64,000 bases of DNA from an uncultured Nitrospinota bacterium (GCA_963707985.1 CAVPRW010000032.1:1-64000); one strand, 5' to 3'; positions 51,873 to 63,950 are shown, numbered from the stretch's first letter. Made by a program: numbers and translations. The notes: a model not told the origin generated them from the sequence alone.

Positions 51873-53519
51873 TCAGTTCTGTCGATCCTCAAAAATGCCA
51901 ATAGCTGATGACATGAACGGGCGCGCAACTGGCTGATCGCCGTCCCGAAGGAAGATTTTCTTACACGCCTCGCAGAATGAGCTCAACGCCTCCCGGTCGA
52001 CTTGCTGGTTCGTGGCCACTTGCTGGATGCGCTCGGACGACAGGAGCGCCACGTCACCTACCGTCCTGACACCCTCGTGATTGAGCTTCGTCCACGTTTC
52101 CTGCCCGAGTCTCGCCAGGAGGTCATGTTCTTGCAATCGCTTTTGCAGGCCGACTAAAAAAGCTTCCCCCAGCCCGGTCTGAAGCGCCATCGTCTTTAAC
52201 TCATCCTTGGACAGGGCTCGCAGCTGGTCCAGGTATTTTAAGTGGGCCTTCTGCAGCTTTACGTCTTCCTCCATATGCAGGGTAAATTCCCGCGCGATTT
52301 CGCTGGGCTCATAACGGGAGGTGGCCCTCCACTGTCCGAGCAGCTCGTTGCCCTTCTCTGCCAGCGTTTGTAACGCCAGCACGACGAGGAAGCCGCTAAA
52401 AAACGCCGCCGTGGCCTGAGACCCAAGCTTGCTGAGGTCAATCATCTGTAACGTCCCACCGAGGAGCAGCACCATCACAATCGCCACATAGGGGCCAAGG
52501 ACGAGGCGCAGAGCGAATTCCCGATAATCAGGTGCATTTTGGGCCCCTGTCCGGAAAAAGTCGATGACGAACAGCATGGCCCCAATGAAACCGAAGATCG
52601 GGACAGAGAGGGCAAACGACAACGTAGGGTGAAAGAAGTGCAGTCCAGAGCCCTCTCGACTCTGCAGCAGAAACCACAAGGCAGCGAACGTCACTCCCCA
52701 CAGGACGAGACTCGCCAACATGAGGGCAGGGTCACCGATCCGACGCTGCCTGTCGGGGTCCTCCCTCCATCGCATATTCATATACGCCAGCAAGCCAAGG
52801 ACCGTCACGCCCGGGATCAGCAGGATGAGGGCAGAGGGAAACGACGCAAACCGTAACGTTGGTGAGATGTCGCTCCCGGGCATTAGGAAGCGCTCGACCC
52901 CGCCCAGCCCCAAGCCATCATAGCTGTACGTCACTTCGGCCGGTCCGGCCTTGACATCAGTAAACGTGACCCTGCCATCCTCAGGATCAGGACGTGCGCT
53001 GCGGATGACATCGTTTGATTGGTGCACCAGAACCAAGATTTTGCGGGGGTCCCAGTCAGCGGGAACCTGAACCCAACCATCCAGCTGCGGTATGGTCACA
53101 AATTTCAAGGTGAAGATAATCTGCGCGTCACTGCCGATCGGGACGGTCCGTTCGTCCATCTCGTACATCTCGTCACCACCTACCCAGCAAATGATCTTAT
53201 CAACGGCACCATGAGAAATGGGCAGCTCAAACTTCCCATCTTTGCGCGAAGAGGTTTCTCCCAATATCACTGTTGGTAGCCGGATTATGGTCGCCGGCCA
53301 GTCTTCGAGGTTGGTGCAGCGCACAAGTGCACCCTTCTGAGGTCGCGACTTTTCATCGACCACAGTTCCTCTGATCATTGTGGTGGAGCCCTGCTTGTTC
53401 ACCTCCTGCTCACTCGCCACTAGGCTATGGTGGCCCCCAATGGCCAGCAGCAAAGCCAAGAGGACGATGACGCGGGTCACGCAACCTCTTCTCCAGTCGA
53501 TGGTGAATGCGGTCCTCAT
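51873..53519 (-). CDS. Hypothetical membrane protein: signal peptide, Ig/carboxypeptidase-regulatory-like domains, TM bundle, helical C-terminus
   Basis: IRGTVVDEK.RP..GA.V...DGKFEL; about five hydrophobic helices; AGGAGG RBS. Confidence 0.65.
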   Translation of the reverse strand: MRTAFTIDWRRGCVTRVIVLLALLLAIGGHHSLVASEQEVNKQGSTTMIRGTVVDEKSRPQKGALVRCTNLEDWPATIIRLPTVILGETSSRKDGKFELPISHGAVDKIICWVGGDEMYEMDERTVPIGSDAQIIFTLKFVTIPQLDGWVQVPADWDPRKILVLVHQSNDVIRSARPDPEDGRVTFTDVKAGPAEVTYSYDGLGLGGVERFLMPGSDISPTLRFASFPSALILLIPGVTVLGLLAYMNMRWREDPDRQRRIGDPALMLASLVLWGVTFAALWFLLQSREGSGLHFFHPTLSFALSVPIFGFIGAMLFVIDFFRTGAQNAPDYREFALRLVLGPYVAIVMVLLLGGTLQMIDLSKLGSQATAAFFSGFLVVLALQTLAEKGNELLGQWRATSRYEPSEIAREFTLHMEEDVKLQKAHLKYLDQLRALSKDELKTMALQTGLGEAFLVGLQKRLQEHDLLARLGQETWTKLNHEGVRTVGDVALLSSERIQQVATNQQVDREALSSFCEACKKIFLRDGDQPVARPFMSSAIGIFEDRQN

Positions 53520-54179
53520 CTGCTGCCCCCTCCTCCTGCTAGGTCCTCTATCAGCCTGTCACGGTCTTCCTGCATTGGGACGCTCCGGGTGTGGATGGTG
53601 CTTTCCGTTCATTTACCTGCTCCTGTCCAGAGCAAGGTCTATACCGGAAACGGGTGCTAGCCTAAGACTTGAGGAATAGCCTGGGCCGGAGGCACCGCTA
53701 GAGCGGATGTTAGCCTTGAGCAAGTGCTCAGAATTGCGCGGTTACGGCCTGTCAGTCGCGTGGAACGTGGGAACCCCCAGGAAAGGCACGGTTTCGCGGT
53801 GCTGTGCGGAAATGCACAAGAATGATCAATTCAAGACATCGGTCTCGTGGTTTACCATGATGTCCAGCCTGGCATTTTCTGGTTTTGTTGCAAGAATACC
53901 GGTGATCTACTACAAACCACCCCGACGGAATGTATAGACTGTGTGATTCCCCTCACGGAGAACCACCGACGCCGCACCCTGCACGTATGGGTACAACATG
54001 AGATTGATGACCGTCCTTGGATGTCCTTAGGACCAGGTATCCCACAGCCGCCTACACCGTGCAAGAAGTAGAAGCCGAGTCATAAGCGTGGTGGGTATTG
54101 ATCATCTGAGCGCACTGGAGCGGAGTGATCAGCTAGGCTCGGTACCGCCGCACGCACGGCACAGCGTTGGCGGCCCCTC

Positions 54180-54665
54180 GTGGACGTCCCGCAAAGGGAC
54201 CACGTGGACGCCCTCTCCTCGCAGCACCAGCAGCTCGGGCGGGCGACCCTCGATGTCTACCAGCGCCAGGTGACCATCAGGGATCTCGTCTTCGATTCTG
54301 TCCTCAGGACGCTTAGGCACCGACTCACCCGCATGGACCGCGTGGATGCAGAGTCGTCCCCGGTCCTCGTCTCGAATGTCATGGGGGCCCTATTAGCTGC
54401 GGCCTATATGGCCTGCAATGAGACGTCACCCCCCGACTTAGGACACGTGATCATCTTCTACAGCGTTGGGGAGCTCACCCGGCAGCGCCTGCATGAGCTC
54501 GGCAGGCCGGGGTACGAGCCATACGCCGGCCGTCTTGGCCTGTATGCACGCTCGCTCGCCTGGACCGTCTATCGGCAGGCACTCGCCAAACATTGCCAGC
54601 CATACCTCGAAGGGACGATCGACCGCACGACCGCCCTCCAGAGCCTCGTGGACGAACTCGGGTAG
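54180..54665 (+). pseudogene. Probable fragment of a conserved hypothetical protein
   Basis: The C-terminal part looks protein-like (HVIIFYSVGELTR...YEPYA..GLY...QPYLEG); the N-terminal part looks spurious. Confidence 0.35.
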
Positions 54666-55019
54666 TGGCACGGTGTCGGCTCACGAAGCCCACCACTACC
54701 CCAGGGAGTCCAGCGCCATGCTCTTGCGGAACCTGATCGCGATGCGGACTACAGAGCTCCTAGCCGCTGCAACAGCGGATGGAAAACGCCTGGGCAGGCC
54801 GCAGCGAAGGACGGAGACAGCGCACGCACCAGATGCAGGGGCTTGGCGCGTCCACTACCATGGTCATCAGTGCTGCTATTTTTCAGGTGCTTCAGGGATG
54901 GTTCGAACGCCGTGGGCTTGGCCTCCAGAGGCTGAAAGGGGTCGTGCCCTCCTGCCGGTCTACCACGTCAGAAGAGAGAGTGAAGCCCAGAGCCGACTGG
55001 CGGTGACGCCCTAAGGATG

Positions 55020-55260
55020 ACGCGATGCTACAGCTCGCCCTCGTCCGTTTGGTCGAGGCGGCGCCGCTCCTCCAGTAGAGCTTGTCGCTGGCTGCGACGT
55101 ATCGATTCAAACATGCTCTCATCCAGGAGGCGGCCTATCAGTCCTTGCTGAGGAGCCCACACCAGCAGGTGCATCAACGGATCGCTGAACTAGTGGCCCA
55201 TCGTTATACCAAGGCGGGCCTGCCGGCGCAGGCTGTTCGCTATTGTTGGAGGCATACTTG
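55020..55260 (+). pseudogene. Remnant of an AAA-ATPase/adenylate-guanylate cyclase-TPR protein
   Basis: LVEA.LL.*...TYRFKHALIQEAAYQSLLRS...HQRIAE..AH..T.AG...QAV.Y. Confidence 0.7.
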
Positions 55261-55438
55261 GGGTCCGTTTCCAGTCCGCCCAGCCCATGGCTCAACTGCG
55301 ACGCCAGTGCCCCCCTCCGCGCTTTGAGAAATCCACTTATAACGGGGCTGCGATGTCCTCGCATTTATGACGCGAACGGGATAGAATTCATAGTGGCGAT
55401 GTTCTTCCATGGAGCATGATGCGCAGGAGCAAGCGTCT

Positions 55439-55729
55439 ATGAGCACGCAGATAGGCACTTTGTTGGTTCGTTCGGCAGGCGTCTGTGGTGGGTATCTCCG
55501 GATTAACGGCACACGCATGACCGTTAACCAAGTAGTGGTTTACTACAAGCAAGGATACACCCCTGAAGAGATTGCCGACCAATATCCACACCTGACGCTC
55601 GGGCAAGTCTATGCCGCATTAGCATGCTACCATGCGAATCGTGAAGAAACTGAAGCGGAGCTGGCAGCTGAACAGTTGGAGGCAGATCAACTCGAGCAGG
55701 CATACCAGCAACCACTGAGACGGCCTTGA
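55439..55729 (+). CDS. DUF433 antitoxin-like protein
   Basis: GVCGG..RINGTRMTV...GYTPEEIADQYPHLTLGQVYAALACY. Confidence 0.88.
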   Translation: MSTQIGTLLVRSAGVCGGYLRINGTRMTVNQVVVYYKQGYTPEEIADQYPHLTLGQVYAALACYHANREETEAELAAEQLEADQLEQAYQQPLRRP

Positions 55730-56115
55730 TGCAGATTCGCTTGTATGTAGACGAAGATGCGATGGCACGGGCGCTCGTGAGGGGACTACGAGCACGGGGA
55801 GTCGATGTTACGACTGTGCTCGATGCGAATATGTCGGAACGTGAAGATATGGCCCAGCTGGAGCATGCGACCCAACAAGACCGCGTGCTCTATACATGTA
55901 ACGTCGGACATTTTTGCCATCTTCATGCCCAGTACATGGCTCCGAGCAAGGATCATGCCGGAATCATCGTGGTCTCTCGGCAACGCTATTCGGTTGGTGA
56001 AAAGATACGGCGGTTATTACAACATATCAGCATGAAGTCTTCAGAGGAGGTGGGAAACAACCTGCAATTCCTTTGCTGGCAGAAGTCATCGGCGAGCATG
56101 ACAGGTTCATGGTAG
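55729..56115 (+). CDS. DUF5615 PIN-like toxin
   Basis: RLYVDED...LRARGVDVTT...D..QL..A....RVLYTCNVGHF...HAGIIV; TGATG overlap with DUF433. Confidence 0.85.
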   Translation: MQIRLYVDEDAMARALVRGLRARGVDVTTVLDANMSEREDMAQLEHATQQDRVLYTCNVGHFCHLHAQYMAPSKDHAGIIVVSRQRYSVGEKIRRLLQHISMKSSEEVGNNLQFLCWQKSSASMTGSW

Positions 56116-56309
56116 CGTGTGCGCTGTCTTCATGTCGCTCCCAACCACCCAAGGCATCAGATTGGGCCTACAGATGGCGTGGCACTCATCCGTACCCATC
56201 AGCCTCAGGCAAGTGAAGGCGTGGACGTTCATGAGCTCGCAGTCATGAAGGAATACACAGCAAGCAGGGCGATACACCTGGCCTTTCCAGTTGAGACTTC
56301 TAGCGGGCA

Positions 56310-59300
56310 ATGATCGATGTACGGGCGGCTGTCAACGACCTCATGCGGTTCGTGCGGCACGCGATGATGCCGGAAGCGAAGGGCGAGTTCATCTCTCGCC
56401 AGTCAATTCTACTCCAATTGGGCGTCTCGGACCCTCGTGCGTTGTTCCCATGCCTTTCCGCGATCAAGAAGGTCGAGCGGCTGATCCCACGCGAGGCATC
56501 CCGGATTGTGACCGAGCGGATGTTGAGCGGTGACCAGCGCATCTGTCTTCACGGCGAAGGCGGCTGCGGGAAAACCACAGCACTGCAGGAGATAGAACCT
56601 CTGTTGCCTCAGGGCTCCGTTGTCGTCATCTTCGGCTGCTATGGTGGTGGCCGCTACCTGGATTCCGACGGCTATCGGCACCGACCGCGGGACGCCTTCC
56701 TCCAGCTCTCAAATGATCTGGCCAGTCAACTCCGTATCCCGCTGCTCGTCAGCCGATCGGCGGATCTCGACTATCCGAAGGTGTTTAAGAGGCGGTTGGC
56801 GAAAGCCGCTGATGTGGTGGCCTCTCGGGCTGGGGACGCCCTCCTCGTTATCGTTGTCGATGCGATGGACAATTCTGTCATGGCCGCGAACACCCGATCC
56901 CCGGCGGAAAGGAGCTTCATCCACGATTTCGTCTCCTTGGGCGAATTACCCGGGAACGTCCGCTTCGTCGTGACGGCGCGAACGGGACGTATGTACATGC
57001 TCAACCTTCCGCTCGGTTTCTCTCAGATCCAGATCACCGGATTCGCCCCAAATGAGACCGCTGCTCACGTGTGAGAGATTTGGAGCGACGCCCCAGATAC
57101 CTGGATCGACGACTTCGACCATCTGTCACACGGCAACCCGCGGGTGCAGCAGTATGCGCTGGATTATGCTGGAGCCGAGCCGGCGCGGGCGCTTGACCAT
57201 CTGCACCCGATCGGCAAAGGGCTTGTCCAGGTCTTCCGGGAGCAGCTCGCACACGCCCTACGCAAGCAGGGACAGGCTCAAGACATACAGGCTTTCTGCG
57301 CGGGCTTCATCGCACTGCCAAGGCCAGTCCCCATCTCCGATCTTTCAGCAGTCACGGGTTTAAGCGAGGCCCTCATACGCGATCTCTGCGCCGACCTCGC
57401 TCCAGGTGTGCGTCTTACCAACGGGGCAATTGGCTTCGCCGACGAAGACTTTGAGCATTTTGTCCGTGCCGAGGCCGAAGCCCAGCTTCGCCCAATACAG
57501 ATGCGTATGGCCGACCACTTCGGCAGTCGGCACAAATCGGACGCCTACGCCGCAGCCCATGTCGCTGCGGCGCTGCTCGTCGCTGATCGTGGACGGGAGA
57601 TCATCGCTCTCGTTAACGCAGAGCGCGAACCCAAAGCCATCAGCGACCCGGTCTTTCGTCGAGAGACCCAGTTACAACGCCTCCGTGTCGCAATGAAAGT
57701 GTGTAGAGAAACCGGAGATAACGTCGATGCCATGCTAACGCTCCTCATCGGCGCCGAGGCACTCAAGACCGATGCGACCATCCAGCGCATGCTCGTCGAA
57801 AACCCAGATCTCGCCGCTTGCTTTGCCCGTGATCGCTCTAGTAGGGTCGTCCTACGCAACCCGAACGAGATTGAGCACCACGGGCCTCTGCTCTTTCATC
57901 TCATGGTGGCTGATGCTCGCGACGGGAGTGCCATCTCGGTCCGCGAAGGACACACACAGGTCGACGCCTGGCTAAAACGTCGTCATGAGAATTTTGAAGA
58001 GCAGAGAAGAGAGTACCAGAACTCCGAACCGCAAGGCTGGTCCATCACCGATCGCGATATCGCCGCCGAAATCGAAGCCGTGCTTCGTATCGCAGGTTCA
58101 CGGCGTGCAGTACAGAGGGTCTTCCGATGGCGGCCGAGGACCGTGGCGCTGCGGGTTGCTTCGATCCTCTCTCACAAGTTGATCACCTCGGGAGAAGCGG
58201 CTCTCGTCGAACGTTGCCTAACCGAGGCCAAAATCCCGACGCCGTGGGATCTGTTCTTACTCGTGCCACTCGCGCTCGCTGGAAAAGAGGTGGATCTGGC
58301 ACGTCTTGAATCTAGCATTGCGAGTTTTCTTCGTCGCGGGCTGATCCATGTTGATGCGCTGCGCGATACGTGGAGCGACGAGAACCCGACTGCCGAGTAT
58401 CTTGACACGATCCTTACAGCTTGTGAGATGGTCATCACCCGTGGCGGTGACCCCACGACGAGTCACTCCCGTGCTTCAGCAGTTTGCACACCCGGATTTG
58501 CGCCGGCGTGACCGGCTCTTTACCTCACAAGTTGCCCTCATTGACCTGACCCTGCGTGCACACGCACTTCTGGAGCGTCTGGCTGGGCGCAAGACGGCCC
58601 TAGAGACCTACTGGGTTGACCCTCCTGAGCCCCCAGAAGTACTCCCATCGAAGCGGGGAGAACAGCTGAAGCGAGGGGATGCCGAGAAGAAGAAAGAGTT
58701 ACAGGACTTTATCGGGCCACTGGTGGACCTGTATGATGTTCGTAGTCAGGCTTTGATAGGTTTGATTCCACCAGAAGAAATCGATACTCAGCTTCGAAAT
58801 GCTGTCGCTCACTACCGTAATGAAGAGTATCGGCTGTCGAACAATTTCAGAGCGCAGGGGATGAGGACGCGTGCGGCGCTATCGATCACTCGGCTGATGG
58901 CCATTCCCACCCTCGATCGGACCACTCTCTTGGAGCGCACGAGTTCGCTCCTGAGCTCACGAGCGGATCTCTTCGACTCTGCGGAGACACAGATCTTTGC
59001 GAGCCTGGCCCTGGACCGATCGCTACATCAAAAGATCCTGAGCACAATCACAGAGCACGCGACAGCCGTGAGGCGCGCGCGGACATCCGCGGAGAATAAG
59101 CTCACCGCACTTATCCGGTTGGCGCGCCTTCTCCTCCCCATCAGCGACGAAGATGCAGGGAGCCTGTTCAACGAGGCGATCGATGTGGCTGGCGAAGTCA
59201 ACGCTGAAGCGATTCACGAGCTGGCACTGTTCGCGCCGCTCGTCAGGCGTGCTGTGGGCTGCATGAGCATGGAGGAAAGGCGAGCGGTTGCCTGTGATCT

Positions 59301-62143
59301 CGCGATCGTCGTCAGTGATGTCAGTGTCCGCCTCTCAGGGTATGACGGGTTCCCCTGGGCGGAAATCGCTGAGGCGCTCACGATCCTCGATATATGCCTC
59401 GCCCTGGCCGCCGCAGCCCAATGGGAAGATTCGAGCATCGTTGACTGCGACACCTTCCTGCCACCCCTGCTGGACACAGGGCTGTCCCGCCACGAGCTGT
59501 CACCGGTACAGGTCTCCGCCCTCTCGCCATTGCTCGATCGATTAAGCGTCAAGCTGATGATGCACATCATAGAAGAAGCGAACCGGCAGAAATACGATCT
59601 TGAACTGAAGCTGTTGATGGAGGAACTTGCCAAGGACGAGCTCTTGCGGTTCGGTCGGGGTGTCCGGCGGGAGGTCAGCGAAAAGCTGACCTCCCTATTA
59701 ACAAAATGCTCCCCTGGCTTCTGGCTCGATCGATTAGTGCGGGCGACGGCTTTTCACCAGATCGAAAGGCCAGTCAGGGCCTCTTCCCCTCGGGAGGAGG
59801 AACGGTTGCGCAGCCCAGGTCAGGTCGAACGACCTGACCCACTCGATAGTATTGACTGGTCGATGCATCGATTTGTCTCTGCAGAAGACATTCGCGAGCT
59901 GATCAGTCGAATTTTCGCGGCCGCACAAGCGTCAGAAGCCTTTGTCTCCATCTCGACGATTTTGGATCGAATTCGGAATGTCATCTGGCTAAGCGATCGA
60001 ACTCGACATCTTGAAGCACTGAGCCACAGCGAGTGTCAGGAAGTGCCTGACTATGCATTGGCCCAGGCAATTACCAAGTCCATCGACGAGTGGCGTGAAG
60101 CACCATCTGTTAGTCACTGGTGCCAAGAACATCTGATGCAGGTCGTGGTAGATCAATTGCCCGGCTTCAGCCGTTGGCTGGCCAACGGGGATTCTCCCCT
60201 TCCAGCTCTACTCGAAAGCGCCGGTGTACCGGCACACGATATCCCGGCTGCACTCATCGCGGGGATGGAGCGTCATGTCGATAGGCTCAATGCCCCGACT
60301 GTATACGCGCTCGTCGGTTTGGTTGGGCAGTACTGTGAGCCGCAGGACGCGGCGCAAGTCATAACGCGCTATGCTGACCGTCTCGTTCAGCGCATCCCAG
60401 CTGCCGAACGAGAGAACTGGGACCTCACTGACGTGCCAACCGAGGCAGCGGGAGGGATAGTGCGGTTCCTCTATGCTCTCATGTGGGACGTCGACTTCAG
60501 GATTCGATGGCGTGCGGCTCACGTTGCCCGACGACTCGCTCGATTTGGCGATGCCGGCATCATCAACAAGATCGTCGAGCTTTATGGCCGCACATCGGAG
60601 CCAAGTTTCCGCAGGCCGGATGCTCGGTTCTACTGGCTTGCGGCCCGCTTTTGGCTAATGATGGCATTGGATCGGATCGCCGCTGAGGCACTATCGGCGG
60701 TGGGACGTCACGGACAGTGGCTTCTGGAAATCGCAAGCGACAATGAATTCCCTCACCTCCTCATACGCTCGTTCGCAAAGTCTGCTACGTGTAATCTCGT
60801 GGAGAGCGGAGCTCTGGTTCTGGACGCAACTCAACGAGACGCGTTGCAGCGGGCGAACACCAGTCCGGTGCGTCGAAAGAAACGCCGGACGCCGTCTCGC
60901 CGTGACTTCAACAGGTATAGGCAAAGGGAACGCCATGAGCGCCGCTTCTCTTTCGACCCCTTGGATACTCTGCCTTATTGGTACAGTGGGGCGGTGGGAC
61001 GTTTTGCAGATCTCAACAGCGAAGAATTCCTCGACGTCGCCAAACGATGGATCGTCGATCATTGGGGCGCGCAGGGCGAAATTTGGCGTTGGGACCAGGA
61101 GCCACGGCAAGGCCGCTTCTCCAACTATTCGATTTCCTCGCATTCGCACGGAGTGCTGCCGATCCTAGAGCGCTTTCACACCCATCTCGAGTGGCACGCG
61201 ATGTGGTGCGCGATAGGCGAACTGATGCAGACCCGAGCACTCGCGAAAGCCGGAGAGGACTATTATGGCACGTTTGAGCACTGGCTTGCGCTGGAAGGTG
61301 TCACCTCACCTCCATTGTGGCTCGCCGACTTCCACGGCCCGAAGCCTCTCGATGACCGGCTGTGGTTTGCCCCCCAGGATGACGTGAATGCATGGGTAGG
61401 GGATGTGGGCGATGATGACTTTCTCGCCGAGCTGGGGTTGGTCAGTGACGACGGAACGATCGTCGTCGGCGGTTATCACGACACGCGATCGCGCAAGTTC
61501 ATGCTATCGGTTAGGGTTGAAACGGCGCTGGTGTCACCCGACACCGCAAGCGCTCTTGTGCGAGCGCTCCAGACCGTCGGTGATTCCTGGGACTATAGGA
61601 TACCTCCCGCGGGACACGACCTCGAGATCGATGCTGCCCCTTATAAGTTCCTAGGCTGGCTTATCGATGTCGAGCACGAATTAGGGATCGATGAGCGCGA
61701 CCCACTCCGGTACGGGGTTCGCGCCATCGGGTGCCGTGCCTCGCACAAGACAGAAACGGCCCTCGATCTCAAGTTTGCTCACAACGACCAGGCGAGATGG
61801 GTCGACGCCAGCCGTCAGCACGCGGTGTTCTTCTATGACGCGTGGGGGGGATAACCGAGGGGATGAGCGCGATGACAGCATCCGCTACGACGAGACTGTT
61901 CGCTCCAGTGGCTGGCGCCTTCGAGCCGACAGAGAAAAGCTGAGGGCTCTTCTCACTCAGGTGGGTCTTGATCTCATCGTCGAGATCGAGATTACGCGAA
62001 GGAACAAGGGTTATGACTACTCACGACATGACGAAGAAGGGGCAAAGGAAGCACGGTTCGACAGGGTCGTCCTCCTCCGGAGAGATGGAAGTATCGAAGC
62101 CGCCGAAGGACGTCTTGCCACTTGGACGGCATCTCGTCCGTGA
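56310..62143 (+). pseudogene. avs3a: Avs3a-like STAND ATPase, N-terminally truncated, with an in-frame TGA at 57072-57074 and frameshifts at ~58452 and ~61848
   Basis: CLHGEGGCGKT Walker A; CYGGGRY....YRHRP..A.LQL.N.LA; VIVVDAMDN Walker B; F...ETAAH...F..LSHGNPRVQ; later RWRAAH, FYWLAARFWL and YWY motifs recalled from AVAST type 3; followed by an Avs3b-like gene. Confidence 0.8.
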
Positions 62144-62753
62144 ATTAGGTTTTGAGGAGGGGGTAGATACACTGGGGCGATGGATGGCTCATCATCTGGC
62201 CGAACTTATCGACAAAGCTGAGAACGGGGTGACGTCGGCTGAGCGTTCAGAGGCACGCAAGAGCGCAACGGAAACGATCCTCAAAGTTTGGGAGCACCGG
62301 GCCTCGTTACCACGCAAAGCATACCCGCTGGCACCATATGAGGAGCTCCTGAAGCTTCTCGATCGGCTGCGACCTGGCGACAATCCGTTCCGGTATTTCG
62401 GGACTCCTGCCGAGACGAAACGGGACCACCTTGCCGCGGATCTTTTCGACGCTCTCTCGCGCCTGATGATCGCGCTGTTGCTGATGAAGCTACCCCCTGG
62501 GGCAGAGTCAACAAAAGAGGATGCTGCCGCCATCGAAGCTCTCAGCGATACAGAACAGCACGTATTGAGCACTCTCCACCAGTGCGGCGAGCTTTTCAGG
62601 TCGATGGACAAGAGTACTGAACGAACGCGAAAGAGCAAGAAAGGTGGCGCCGCCGTGAAAGTGAACCTTGACGAAGCGGCGGTCGGTTTGATCGAAAATC
62701 TCATGACTACCCTTGGTGGGTTACGGAGCGAGCTTGAGGAGGGCCGCCGATAG
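62085..62753 (+). CDS. avs3b: Avs3b-like small partner protein
   Basis: LGRHLVRELG....VDTLGRWMAHHLAELI..AE...ILKVWEHRASLP...YP; overlaps the end of the ATPase gene. Confidence 0.8.
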   Translation: MEVSKPPKDVLPLGRHLVRELGFEEGVDTLGRWMAHHLAELIDKAENGVTSAERSEARKSATETILKVWEHRASLPRKAYPLAPYEELLKLLDRLRPGDNPFRYFGTPAETKRDHLAADLFDALSRLMIALLLMKLPPGAESTKEDAAAIEALSDTEQHVLSTLHQCGELFRSMDKSTERTRKSKKGGAAVKVNLDEAAVGLIENLMTTLGGLRSELEEGRR

Positions 62754-63047
62754 CTCATGTATCAGTGGGGTCAGCATCCAAAACAATGACCTTGATGGTG
62801 CCATTGGATACCTGCCGTGATCCAAGAGGTAACCGCACGTTTCCAAATTAGCTCACAGAAGATCCCGACACGCGTGTTCCAGCTTATCGACTGTATAATT
62901 CGTATTGTGCTTACGAAACAGGGCAGCGGTGGTCATACGAATAAGGTACGGCGATGGGCAACCCTGGAGAAAATGGTAGTGGATCAATTTCAGGCAGACT
63001 GACCCACTACCATTGTTCTCGAGGCCCGATGTTCTTGAGGCCCGATG

Positions 63048-63950
63048 CTAGCGGAACTGTGGCACCACCCTGTGGGCAATCTCCTGCATCAACTCAGTAA
63101 TCCTCGGGATATCTCCGGTATTCAATGCCAAGACGACATGGTCCACTCCTGCGCGCTGGTAGGCGCTGACACCAGCGATCATCTGATCCACGTTATCGCC
63201 GAGGAGACGGCTCCGGTTTTGGGCTCTCTGACTCGACGCCCGGCCGTGGGCTTCCACTTCGACGCGGATCGACATCGTCAGGGAGTCCGGATCACGTCCG
63301 GCAGCACTGGCTAATTTGCGCACCTCCTCGCGCCCGGCACCAAACTCCTCAGGGGACATTCCTGAAGGATGCCAGCCATCGCCCATGGTAGCCGCTCGTT
63401 TCTTTGCTCCCGGACTGGAGCCGCCCACCCACAGCGGGATGTGAGGTTTCTGTAGGGGCTTTGGGGAGAACTTGAGATCGGAGAAGTGCCAGCGGCTGCT
63501 GTGATAGCTGGGGTCGGGGTTGGTCCACAACTCCTTCATGATAGCGATACACTCGTTGGTGAGTGCGCCTCGCTGCCGCATGGGGATTCCCAGCGCGTCA
63601 AACTCCTCGGTCATAGCCCCGACGCCGACTCCTAACGTCACCCGTCCCCCAGACATGTGGTCCAGCGTGGCGGCATACTTGGCCAGTTCGACCGGATTAT
63701 GATAGGGCAAGACCAACACCGAAGTGGCGAGCCTCACCCGTTTGGTGGTAGCGGACAGGTATGACAGCGTGGCCAGAGGATGATAATACGGCTTATCATC
63801 GAGCCGCTCGCGAATGTAACCATTGTTAAACAGGTGATCCATGACCCAGACGGAATCGTAGCCCAACTGCTCGGCTAGTGGCCCCATAGCCAAAACTTGC
63901 TGCGGATCGTCTATGCCCCAGTTATTGGGAATGGTCACACCAAATTTCAT
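63048..63950 (-). CDS. LLM-class F420-dependent oxidoreductase
   Basis: AEQLGYDSVWVMDH, LATSVLVLPYHNPV.LAK..ATLDHMSGGRVTLGVGVG, PKPLQKPHIPLWVGG. Confidence 0.9.
   Translation of the reverse strand: MKFGVTIPNNWGIDDPQQVLAMGPLAEQLGYDSVWVMDHLFNNGYIRERLDDKPYYHPLATLSYLSATTKRVRLATSVLVLPYHNPVELAKYAATLDHMSGGRVTLGVGVGAMTEEFDALGIPMRQRGALTNECIAIMKELWTNPDPSYHSSRWHFSDLKFSPKPLQKPHIPLWVGGSSPGAKKRAATMGDGWHPSGMSPEEFGAGREEVRKLASAAGRDPDSLTMSIRVEVEAHGRASSQRAQNRSRLLGDNVDQMIAGVSAYQRAGVDHVVLALNTGDIPRITELMQEIAHRVVPQFR

Noticed and set aside
57072..57074. In-frame TGA in avs3a read as selenocysteine or recoding
   Set aside because: Not a redox or Cys-type position and no SECIS-like hairpin recognised. TGA is a normal stop elsewhere in the window, so a CGA>TGA nonsense change is simpler.
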